The notes below the pieces were generated by a model. That model did not search any database, had not been told where the DNA came from, and was given only the letters and a program-made list of their open reading frames with translations. The position numbers and the translations under genes are program-made. From a bacterium (GTDB lineage Bacteria > Hinthialibacterota > Hinthialibacteria > Hinthialibacterales > Hinthialibacteraceae), in NCBI GenBank assembly GCA_041946805.1, contig JBHGBC010000103.1, positions 1 through 21,599 of the forward strand: DNA of 21,599 bases, written 5' to 3'. Of the stretch, positions 1 through 7,353 are shown in pieces; the stretch's first letter is position 1; every line of letters begins with the position of its first letter.

Positions 1-2220
1 TCGGCCCAATGGTGGCAATTGCGCAAGAACGGCCCGGGCGTGGCGGAGATGTCGGCCCTTCTCGGTGACATGGCCGATGCGCCGGAGGGGGGTGTGGTGA
101 TGGACCCGACTTCATATTTTACAACATATGGAGCCTATAATGTTGCTACGATGGATGCGGAGTTGGCCTACCAGTCTTCCACGAATCTTGGAGGTGCAAC
201 TCAAATAATATTGAGTAGTTCCGATCGAGCGGTATTGGCCTGTGATTTATCCGGTTTGAGTTACAACAAGGCGGTTACCAACATCCGCTTGAAAATTTTT
301 CTGCATGCTTGTTCCGCCTATGGCGCCTACACGGTTCAGGCGTTCAATACGACCAAGGCATGGTGGGAGGCCGGAGTCGATTGGTATGAAAGCGATTCGG
401 GAATCCCCTGGGTCACCGCCGGTGGAGATTATACGGAAGAAAATCCAGGATTGACCACCACAATCCAAACCTCATCTCCTTTTCAAAGGGATTTTGCGTA
501 TGTGGATTTAACGAGACCCTTCAACGCGCGGTATCCCTATTTCAGTGAAATCAATGTCATGGGTTACTTACTGAAAATTACGGGACCCGGTGACCTCACT
601 TTTCTATCGAAAGAATGGTGTACTACTTCAGAGCGCTGGTTGATCGAGGTGACCTATTATCCAGATGCCCGTACCCAATCCGTTTGGCACCGTCCCTTTC
701 TGAAGCGGCGGGATGGCAATAAGGCTTTGGCCAATGACCGTTGGTTCCCGATTGGCTGGTATCTTGGCATCGAGGATCATGAACCTACTGCTTGGGGTTA
801 TACGGATGATAATATAACGAATTTAGCCGATGGCTATAATGATGGTGCTAGCAGTTACTACGATACATACATCTACAATGCGTTTAATGCACAACCTTGG
901 ATTGAGCAAAGAAACAAATTAGATTATAGTCAAGTCTGGGGTTGTGGGGTATCCGCAAGCGGATTTCCAGGATTTTTTAGCGAGATCAAGGATTTTCACG
1001 AAGCATTAAATACTCTGAAAACGGTTTATGACACAACGTATGGGGATGGGCAAAGAAGAGATTATTATCTTTTACCCGCGGTGGCGCATACGCTAAACAA
1101 TATTGACGGAACATGGTTGCACGAGGCAGCCACTACAACCTACGACACCACGGTTTTTTCCGGTGTATCCTCCGCCACGAAATATATAGCCGAAGATTCC
1201 TGCAGTTCATTTTCCTTTACATGGACCGATGAGGAGGATTCTCTGGGTAAATTGGTGGCAGGTATAAAAAATTATCCATCCACAAATCCCCGGGTGAGGG
1301 GATGGAATTTTGATGAAGAACAGTTTGCGGTTTCGTTGGATAATCCCAGCCATCGCGCTCACATCCGGGAGCGTATTCAGACATACAACAATATTGTTTG
1401 GGCCAATGATAATAATCCTCCAGGCAAGTTTCCCATTAACACCATAGATACGCATGACAATTTTTATATAAGCTATGCACCGGATCCGGTCGAAGGGGAA
1501 AAAATCGTCAAGGCGGATGCGGGGAAGATAGCCGATATGAATTTATATAATTATATCTTCGAAGACTATTCCTACTATCATGACATCTATTCACAAAGAG
1601 CTAATGATGATTGGGTGGATGCGGTGTATATGGCGGAGTGCGCCGTGCGCTATACCAATGTGGGTTTTTGCCGAATGATTTCAGTAAGAAATTGGCCGCC
1701 TACAAACCCTGTATATACACCATCTCACATAGAAGATGGCAATAACATGGATAAATATCGTTTTCTCCCGTACTCGTCCTGGGCAGTCGGTGGGCAAGGA
1801 TTGCTGATCTGGTCATTACCTCACAATGAAACACCGGGTTGGTTCAAGTATTGCCATCAAATAGCGAGAGAAACATATGCAATGAAAGATTATTTAATGA
1901 ATAGCCCAGCCTTGGATATTCCCGCTATAATCTATGATAATACGCAGAGCCAACGGTTGCGATTTATTTTGAGAAAAAATCAAAACAATCCAACAAATCA
2001 GGTTCTGTTACTATTTTGCAATTTTTCATATGATGGTGGAAATCATATAACATATGTATATTTCCCCAATCATGCCATATCTAATGTTTCTTATATTACG
2101 CCTGACAATATTTGGCCATATCAAATAATAGATAATAACCACACATTTAAATATGACCCCACCGATATGGTCAGTCCCAAAGATGTATACGCGAGAGCCT
2201 ATTTTGTTACTCTGAATTAA
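1..2220 (+). CDS. 5'-truncated large extracellular protein: DNRLRE (CBM96-like) domain followed by a GH-like TIM barrel and a C-terminal beta-sandwich
   Basis: The frame is open from base 1 (SAQWWQLRKNG...), so the TTG at 19 is probably not the true start. 'VVMDPT' is followed by DNRLRE hallmarks: DAELAYQSSTNLGG, RAVLACDLSGL, IRLKIF, TKAWWEAGVDW, PWVTAGGDY, GYLLK, FLSKE, LIEVTY. The C-terminal part has FPIGWY, RGWNFDEE and RFLPYSSWAVGGQGLLIWS. Confidence 0.75.
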   Translation, partial: SAQWWQLRKNGPGVAEMSALLGDMADAPEGGVVMDPTSYFTTYGAYNVATMDAELAYQSSTNLGGATQIILSSSDRAVLACDLSGLSYNKAVTNIRLKIFLHACSAYGAYTVQAFNTTKAWWEAGVDWYESDSGIPWVTAGGDYTEENPGLTTTIQTSSPFQRDFAYVDLTRPFNARYPYFSEINVMGYLLKITGPGDLTFLSKEWCTTSERWLIEVTYYPDARTQSVWHRPFLKRRDGNKALANDRWFPIGWYLGIEDHEPTAWGYTDDNITNLADGYNDGASSYYDTYIYNAFNAQPWIEQRNKLDYSQVWGCGVSASGFPGFFSEIKDFHEALNTLKTVYDTTYGDGQRRDYYLLPAVAHTLNNIDGTWLHEAATTTYDTTVFSGVSSATKYIAEDSCSSFSFTWTDEEDSLGKLVAGIKNYPSTNPRVRGWNFDEEQFAVSLDNPSHRAHIRERIQTYNNIVWANDNNPPGKFPINTIDTHDNFYISYAPDPVEGEKIVKADAGKIADMNLYNYIFEDYSYYHDIYSQRANDDWVDAVYMAECAVRYTNVGFCRMISVRNWPPTNPVYTPSHIEDGNNMDKYRFLPYSSWAVGGQGLLIWSLPHNETPGWFKYCHQIARETYAMKDYLMNSPALDIPAIIYDNTQSQRLRFILRKNQNNPTNQVLLLFCNFSYDGGNHITYVYFPNHAISNVSYITPDNIWPYQIIDNNHTFKYDPTDMVSPKDVYARAYFVTLN

Positions 2221-3600
2221 AGTCATGTCAGAAAGGAAAAATATCATGATTCATTTTCTATTAAAAATAATTACAATAACAACATTATGTTTCCCTTATT
2301 GCGTATATGTTTATGCTCAGCCTGTTGCTTTAACAGATAATACGTTAATCGGATTTCTACAAATTACCTCAATAGACAAAGAAAATGGAATAATTTATAA
2401 TGCCGAAAAATCATATTTAAAGATCGATATGTTTTTTTCACCACTTCCTCGTGATTACCGGATCAATGATAAAGGCGATCAAATTATAAATACCAAAAAA
2501 ATAATTCAGAATATAAAGGGAAATTTGGTGATCCGGGACGTACCGCAGATTGATGTGCCTGGGATGGGGTCTGTCAGGGCCGCCGCAAAATACACATCAA
2601 AGACCGATGAGATCATACTCTATTATACTCAAAACATCTACACCAACATGGAAGCATCCGATAGCCTGATCTTTGGTTATTACAATATAATGGAAAATAA
2701 ATTATTGAATACTTTCCTTATCAAAAATAATTATCGGACTGAATATCAAATCAGCCATGATGGAAATACGATTTTAGGGTATGAAGATGGACATATACTG
2801 CATTTATACGTAAAGAATGACGATGAATATATTGAGACTATTCATGGCCCTTACTACACTTCAATATATCCGATGATATCCCAATCTGGAAACAGAGTAT
2901 TTTTTTTAATGAGAAGTGGTCAGAATGAAGAGTTACAATGGGTATATTTGGAAAATCAATCGGTTGGATGGTCAAAAGAAATACCCATTCCCATTTCTCC
3001 CTTGACTGTCGATGACCAGGAAGTAAAACTGGTTCACGTTACCGGTATTGCCAATGATGGCCATACGCTGATTGTACGGTCCGATATACACAATGATAGT
3101 ACGGGGAAATATCATTTAGCCGTAATTCATGAAACTGAAAATGGATGGAGTAAACCGGAATATGTAGGTGATTTCGATTACTGGATTGAAAATATTTATA
3201 ACTCCGAGGATGGACGAGTCATAGCATTACAACAGACCAAGCGTTATTCTGAAATGTACGGCCCCCTTTCCTATGATGGGTATGTTTTTATTCGGAATGA
3301 CGAGGGGAAATGGATCAGGAATAAAGTGAATCCGGAGGGGGTCGAAGTGATGCAGAGCATGCTGTTGAGCGGCGATGGAAGCACCTTGCTATGGAATCCT
3401 TCCAATAGCCTCACATTCCCATCCTATCCTGAAATGAAATGATTAAGATGTAAAAATACAAAAATAAGGAAAAACCAGTTAACGAAAAATGGTTTTTTGG
3501 ATGCGCTTCTAATATTTTAGACATACATCAACCACAATCATCCTTTACATAGACACAGAATTTCATAGTCGGACCATCACCCGGGCAATTTGATTCCTGA
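111..3600. other. Low-GC segment (candidate horizontally acquired or variable cassette)
   Basis: Hand counts of G+C: 75/110 (68%) for 1-110, 57/130 (44%) for 111-240 and 48/180 (27%) for 2221-2400. GC-rich sequence resumes around 3600. The right boundary is approximate. Confidence 0.75.
2246..3442 (+). CDS. Secreted TolB/WD40-like beta-propeller protein
   Basis: GAAAGG at 2231-2236 precedes ATG 2246 (alternative ATG 2225). Signal-peptide-like N-terminus MIHFLLKIITITTLCFPYCVYVYA|QP. Repeated blade motifs: ISHDGNTILG, ISQSGNRVFF, IANDGHTLIV, NSEDGRVIAL, LSGDGSTLLW. Confidence 0.7.
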   Translation: MIHFLLKIITITTLCFPYCVYVYAQPVALTDNTLIGFLQITSIDKENGIIYNAEKSYLKIDMFFSPLPRDYRINDKGDQIINTKKIIQNIKGNLVIRDVPQIDVPGMGSVRAAAKYTSKTDEIILYYTQNIYTNMEASDSLIFGYYNIMENKLLNTFLIKNNYRTEYQISHDGNTILGYEDGHILHLYVKNDDEYIETIHGPYYTSIYPMISQSGNRVFFLMRSGQNEELQWVYLENQSVGWSKEIPIPISPLTVDDQEVKLVHVTGIANDGHTLIVRSDIHNDSTGKYHLAVIHETENGWSKPEYVGDFDYWIENIYNSEDGRVIALQQTKRYSEMYGPLSYDGYVFIRNDEGKWIRNKVNPEGVEVMQSMLLSGDGSTLLWNPSNSLTFPSYPEMK

Positions 3601-3744
3601 TTTTCATCTCCCGTGCTTGCCGAACCCGCCTTACACCGGGCGCAGGAGGGGGAAAATAGACCGTGTTCTTGATGTTTTCCTCGTGGGTGGGGAGGGCCGC
3701 CCGGCGGCCGCCTGCCAAGGCAGGGATGGATTGCAGCCGGCGGA

Positions 3745-4707
3745 TCACACTTCATCCCCATATCCCACGCTCGCTTTCGTGGCCCGGGGATCCCAACAGA
3801 ACGAATTCCGGTATTCATACATCACTTTTTCCACGATTTTCATGGGAGTAGGCGCCAGGCCGGTGGCGGGAATGGCCGTCACCCGTTCCCACTCTTTCAT
3901 CCCCTTCCGGCAGCGCAGCACCACCAGGTCCAAGGGAAGAGATTCATGCCAGGCCGCTTGGCCCATGTACGCGCTGATTTCCTTGACCTGGTCCAAGGAA
4001 AGGGGGAACGGGCAGGCGCGGTCGAAACGGGTGCCGGGTATGGGACCGGTCACATAAATCGCGTTGCGGTAATTGTAATCCGTACCGCGGTTGCGCACCG
4101 CCAGCTCCCGGATGGATAAATCGGCGCCTTTCGGAAGCAAGCCGCTCATGGCCATGGCGCGCTGGGCGATGCGTTCCAGTTTTTTCTGAAATTCCTTGAG
4201 TTGCTCGTCTGAGGGTTTCTTGAGTGGATCGAAAATCCAGACACTCGCCGGCCGGTTGAGAAATCCCATGGCCGGAAACGGCAACGTCCCTCCCCAGGAG
4301 AGCCAATAGACCATTTTTTGGAATCCGAGGATGAGGAAGGCGGTGGCCAAAATCGCCTGGGAGAATCCAAAAAAGAGGAAGAAAAAAATCCCCATGATAG
4401 GGTGCGTTTTGAGAAACGGCGCGATCTGGCGGTCGAAACCATTGATCAGAGAGTTTCGGATTTCACGGAAGAAATGCTCGATGGCCGCCCCGCTGTTCAT
4501 ATATCCCTTTTCCAGGGATGAAATGGCATGCGCCAGCCAGCGTGAAATGTCATGAAGGTGCAAGGCATAATAAGGAGAAAAGGCGGATAAGAACGGGATG
4601 CCTCCCAGAAAATTCCAATATCCCGATATAAAATAAAGGCTGCCGCTCAATCCCAGCAGGATCAGGTTGCGGTACCCGATCCAGCGCAGGACCGATTGCA
4701 ATTCCAC
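3745..4707 (-). CDS. Hypothetical membrane protein (N-terminal hydrophobic segments, soluble C-terminal domain)
   Basis: 320-aa ORF filling the gap. Hydrophobic stretches LILLGLSGSLYFISGYWNFLGGIPFL and IMGIFFFLFFGFSQAILATAFLILGF. No family recognised. Start is GTG 4707 or possibly ATC 4737. Confidence 0.65.
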   Translation of the reverse strand: MELQSVLRWIGYRNLILLGLSGSLYFISGYWNFLGGIPFLSAFSPYYALHLHDISRWLAHAISSLEKGYMNSGAAIEHFFREIRNSLINGFDRQIAPFLKTHPIMGIFFFLFFGFSQAILATAFLILGFQKMVYWLSWGGTLPFPAMGFLNRPASVWIFDPLKKPSDEQLKEFQKKLERIAQRAMAMSGLLPKGADLSIRELAVRNRGTDYNYRNAIYVTGPIPGTRFDRACPFPLSLDQVKEISAYMGQAAWHESLPLDLVVLRCRKGMKEWERVTAIPATGLAPTPMKIVEKVMYEYRNSFCWDPRATKASVGYGDEV

Positions 4708-4930
4708 CTTCGCGCTTGGCGTGATTCGTGCAGCGATGATGTGGCCTCCCCCCGGTTGAATAGAACGGTGATGCTAGGGCTTTTCTGAAAAAAAGAGTAC
4801 CCTGTGACAACCCTCCCTGGGTTCCTTGACTCTATTTTTCGGCGGGAAACGGGTGAAGTTTACCGTTTCGGGAACGGATCGATTTCGGATAAACGGAAAT
4901 TCAGGCCGTCCCCCGCGGATGCGTGGAGAT

Positions 4931-4963
4931 CGCCAAGGATGTCATGAACGCCAAGGATGTCAT
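4931..4963. repeat. Direct repeat of CGCCAAGGATGTCAT (two copies, period 18)
   Basis: Exact 15-mer at 4931-4945 and 4949-4963, separated by GAA. Confidence 0.9.
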
Positions 4964-4973
4964 CTCCGGCATG

Positions 4974-5044
4974 GTGGCATGGGCTTCCCGTGGCATGGAC
5001 TTCCAGCCCGTGGAATTGGTTCGTGGCCGGGAAGGTCATGCCGC
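4974..5044. repeat. Degenerate REP-like doublet (GTGGCATGGGCTTCCAGCCCGTG type)
   Basis: GTGGCATGGGCTTCCC, then GTGGCATGGACTTCCAGCCCGTG, then a decayed inverted copy CGTGGCCGGGAAGGTCATGCCGC. Confidence 0.6.
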
Positions 5045-5074
5045 TTATTAAAACCGGATCAGTTTGTTCGAAGC

Positions 5075-5878
5075 ATGGTCCAGACGAAATCCTGCTCCTC
5101 TGATCTTCTCTCCCCCTCGGGCCCTTCCGGTTCGAACAGAGAGGCCGTGGGGCTGGTGATTCCCGCCCATAACGAGGAGCCGATTCTCGCGGCCTGCTTG
5201 AACAGCCTGCGGCTTTTTCAGGAAGCGGGGGATCCCATTTTGGTGGTGGACGCCGCTTCCACCGACCGGACGGCGGAAATCGCCCGTCAGGCCGGGGTCC
5301 ATGTGGTTACGGCGGCATCACCGTCACGCGGTCTGGCGGTGGAACGGGGAGTCTGGGAGTTGTTGGCTTTGGAGATTCCGCTCGACGTGATTCTGATCGT
5401 TCACGCGGACATGGTATTGTCCCCTCTTGTACGTCCAAGGCTCATTCAGGCCCTCCGCGCGCATCCCGAAGCCCCGGGGGGATCGCTCGGGCACCGGATC
5501 GAGGCGCCCGGAGCCGGATATCGTTTGATCGAGTGGGGGAATCGATACCGGGCGCGGTTTCTGCATATACCGTATGGCGACCAGGCCCAATTCTTCCGTC
5601 CCGGCGTGTTGCCCCGTATCGGCGGCTTCCCCTGTCAGGAACGCCTTGAGGATCTTGAGTTGGCGTTACGTTTACGCAAGGCCGGGCCGCTCGTGTACCT
5701 CAACCTGCCCGTGTGTATATCCGCCCGGCATTGGCAGCGGGGGATTGTATCGACCACGGCCAGAAACTGGTGGACCGTTTTACGTTACCTGCGGCGGCGG
5801 ATGATGTCCCGAGACAATCCCATCCCCTCGTCACGCCCGGCCGGGGAGCAAGGAAAAACCACGGAGATTGACCTGTGA
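5075..5878 (+). CDS. Family 2 glycosyltransferase, TIGR04283-like
   Basis: VIPAHNEE, VVDAASTDRT, VHAD, PYGDQAQFF, GGFP...EDLELALRL and ISARHW motifs. The computed N-terminal extension (4826-5074) runs through repeats and is probably spurious, so ATG 5075 is preferred. Confidence 0.85.
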   Translation: MVQTKSCSSDLLSPSGPSGSNREAVGLVIPAHNEEPILAACLNSLRLFQEAGDPILVVDAASTDRTAEIARQAGVHVVTAASPSRGLAVERGVWELLALEIPLDVILIVHADMVLSPLVRPRLIQALRAHPEAPGGSLGHRIEAPGAGYRLIEWGNRYRARFLHIPYGDQAQFFRPGVLPRIGGFPCQERLEDLELALRLRKAGPLVYLNLPVCISARHWQRGIVSTTARNWWTVLRYLRRRMMSRDNPIPSSRPAGEQGKTTEIDL

Positions 5879-5974
5879 TGGGGATGGTGAAATATTCACT
5901 GGTGTAACTGCGGTTCCCGAACGATTCCTTGGTCCCGGTTTGGTCTCTGGCTTTCCGAAGGAAAGGAACATTTC

Positions 5975-6874
5975 ATGCCTGAAATCCACGATATCCACAT
6001 CCCCGTCGATGTCAGCGTCGTGATTCCCACTTACAACGAGGAAGCCGCCCTCGGCCGGGTGGTCGCGGACATCCGGGCGGCCATGAATACCACCGCGCAC
6101 GCGTATGAAATCGTGATCGTCGATGATTGTTCCACCGATGGCACCGCCGCCGTGGCTCAATCCCTGAACACGCGCCTCATCCAGAGAAAAATGAACGGCG
6201 GCTCGGGCGCGGCGCGAAAGACCGGCATCCGCGCGGCCCGGGGAAAATTCATTGTCATGCTCGATGCGGACGGGACCTACACCGCGGCGGACATCCCCCA
6301 AATGTTGGACTTGATGCCGGATTGGGACCAGGTCAACGGGGCGCGCACGTCCGAGCAGGGAACCCTGAAGTTCCTGCGCGTCCCCGCCAAATGGCTGATC
6401 CAAACATTGGCGATTTACCTTTCGGGAGTCCCCATTCCCGACCTGAACACGGGTCTCAAAGCCTTCAAGCGGGACATCATGATGAAATACCTGTGGGTGT
6501 TGCCGGAAGGATTTTCGTGCGTCACCACCATGACCCTGGCTTTCTTGTGCAACGGCTATTCAGTGACCTGGATCCCCACCGAATATCACAAACGGATCGG
6601 CCAATCGAAATTCCATCCCATCAAGGATACCAGTAAATATTTCACCACTGTCATTCGTATGATCATGTATTTCAACCCCTTGCGCGTCTTCCTGCCTCTG
6701 AGCGCCCTGCTGGTCACGCTGGGGATCGGGCGAGGGATCTATGACTACCTCGTTTATGTCCGGCTACGGGAGGGCGATATTCTCCTGACGCTGGGGGGCA
6801 TCGTGATCGGCGTCATGGGCCTCTTGGCGGACCTGATCGTCGCCCAAGGCCGCGCGAGGGATGAGGAGATATAA
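5975..6874 (+). CDS. Family 2 glycosyltransferase, DPM1/GtrB-like (polyprenol-phosphate sugar synthase type) with two C-terminal TM helices
   Basis: RBS GAAAGGA. SVVIPTYNEE, IVDDCSTDGT, MLDADGTY, DLNTGLKAF and RIGQSK motifs. C-terminal hydrophobic helices. Confidence 0.9.
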   Translation: MPEIHDIHIPVDVSVVIPTYNEEAALGRVVADIRAAMNTTAHAYEIVIVDDCSTDGTAAVAQSLNTRLIQRKMNGGSGAARKTGIRAARGKFIVMLDADGTYTAADIPQMLDLMPDWDQVNGARTSEQGTLKFLRVPAKWLIQTLAIYLSGVPIPDLNTGLKAFKRDIMMKYLWVLPEGFSCVTTMTLAFLCNGYSVTWIPTEYHKRIGQSKFHPIKDTSKYFTTVIRMIMYFNPLRVFLPLSALLVTLGIGRGIYDYLVYVRLREGDILLTLGGIVIGVMGLLADLIVAQGRARDEEI

Positions 6875-6887
6875 GGTTCCAGCATTG

Positions 6888-6938
6888 ACCCAGGGTTAAC
6901 CCCCTGGGCTACTGTAAGGCCGTCTCCTAAAGAGGACT
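6888..6938. repeat. REP-like palindromic element (CCCAGGG...CCCTGGGCTA type), possible terminator
   Basis: CCCAGGG-TTAACC-CCCTGGG hairpin (6889-6908), followed by CTA and a second small hairpin TCCT-AAAG-AGGA, just after the GT2 stop. Confidence 0.55.
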
Positions 6939-7228
6939 CGACATATTGAATAACATGAGTTTACGCTTAATTGTGCGGTGAGAGGGAAAGGTCCTTGAGG
7001 CGCGGTCATTCGATTCGTTATGGTGGTCCATTGATTCCCGATCCTGCCGCCCGTCCCCTTCGTTCCATCGTGGGGGGAAACAAACCCTTGTTTGCCTGAT
7101 TGGCTTCGTGTAAACATAAGGCGTTGGTAGAATTACATCCGTGCGTGGTCTGGGGGATTTCGACCATCCATTCTGTGGGAATTCGCTCATCACCAGCCCT
7201 GATTCACCAAGGAATGGCGGTGTTCGTT

Positions 7229-7268
7229 TTGACTTTCCCATAAAGTTGATCTATATTATCAACATTAT
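7229..7268 (+). promoter_or_regulatory. Sigma70-type promoter with an overlapping palindromic operator candidate
   Basis: TTGACT (7229-7234), 17-nt spacer, TATATT (7252-7257). The inverted repeat ATAAAGTTGAT-N7-ATCAACATTAT (7240-7268, 10/11 match) brackets the -10. Confidence 0.6.
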
Positions 7269-7353
7269 TTGTTCCCATGGATGTCATGAGCGAAAATGTT
7301 TGGCACAACATGAACGGTTGCAGGGCCGCCGGTTCGCCCAGGAGTGGCGCAGT

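Noticed and set aside
3470..3498. AAAAACCA...TGGTTTTT hairpin as a terminator for the beta-propeller gene
   Set aside because: The stem is AT-rich with a long loop, too weak to call.
3563..3748. 61-aa minus-strand ORF whose GTG overlaps the upstream stop (GTGA)
   Set aside because: The coupling is suggestive, but there is no recognisable motif; insufficient support.
4931..5044. Possible mini-CRISPR array
   Set aside because: Repeats are only 15 nt with a 3-nt spacer, and no cas genes are present.
5888..5900. GTGAA-ATA-TTCAC palindrome resembling a Rex or CRP-type site
   Set aside because: The spacer is 3 nt rather than the 4 nt of Rex sites, the flanks do not match, and it is short enough to be chance.
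7301..7322. TGGCAC...TTGCA as a sigma54 promoter
   Set aside because: The spacing is 11 nt instead of the required 5.
6940..7350. Cobalamin riboswitch upstream of the B12 radical SAM gene
   Set aside because: I could not find the conserved B12-box or the GGGAA...GCCCCCGCNACTGT core. An Infernal/Rfam scan would settle it.
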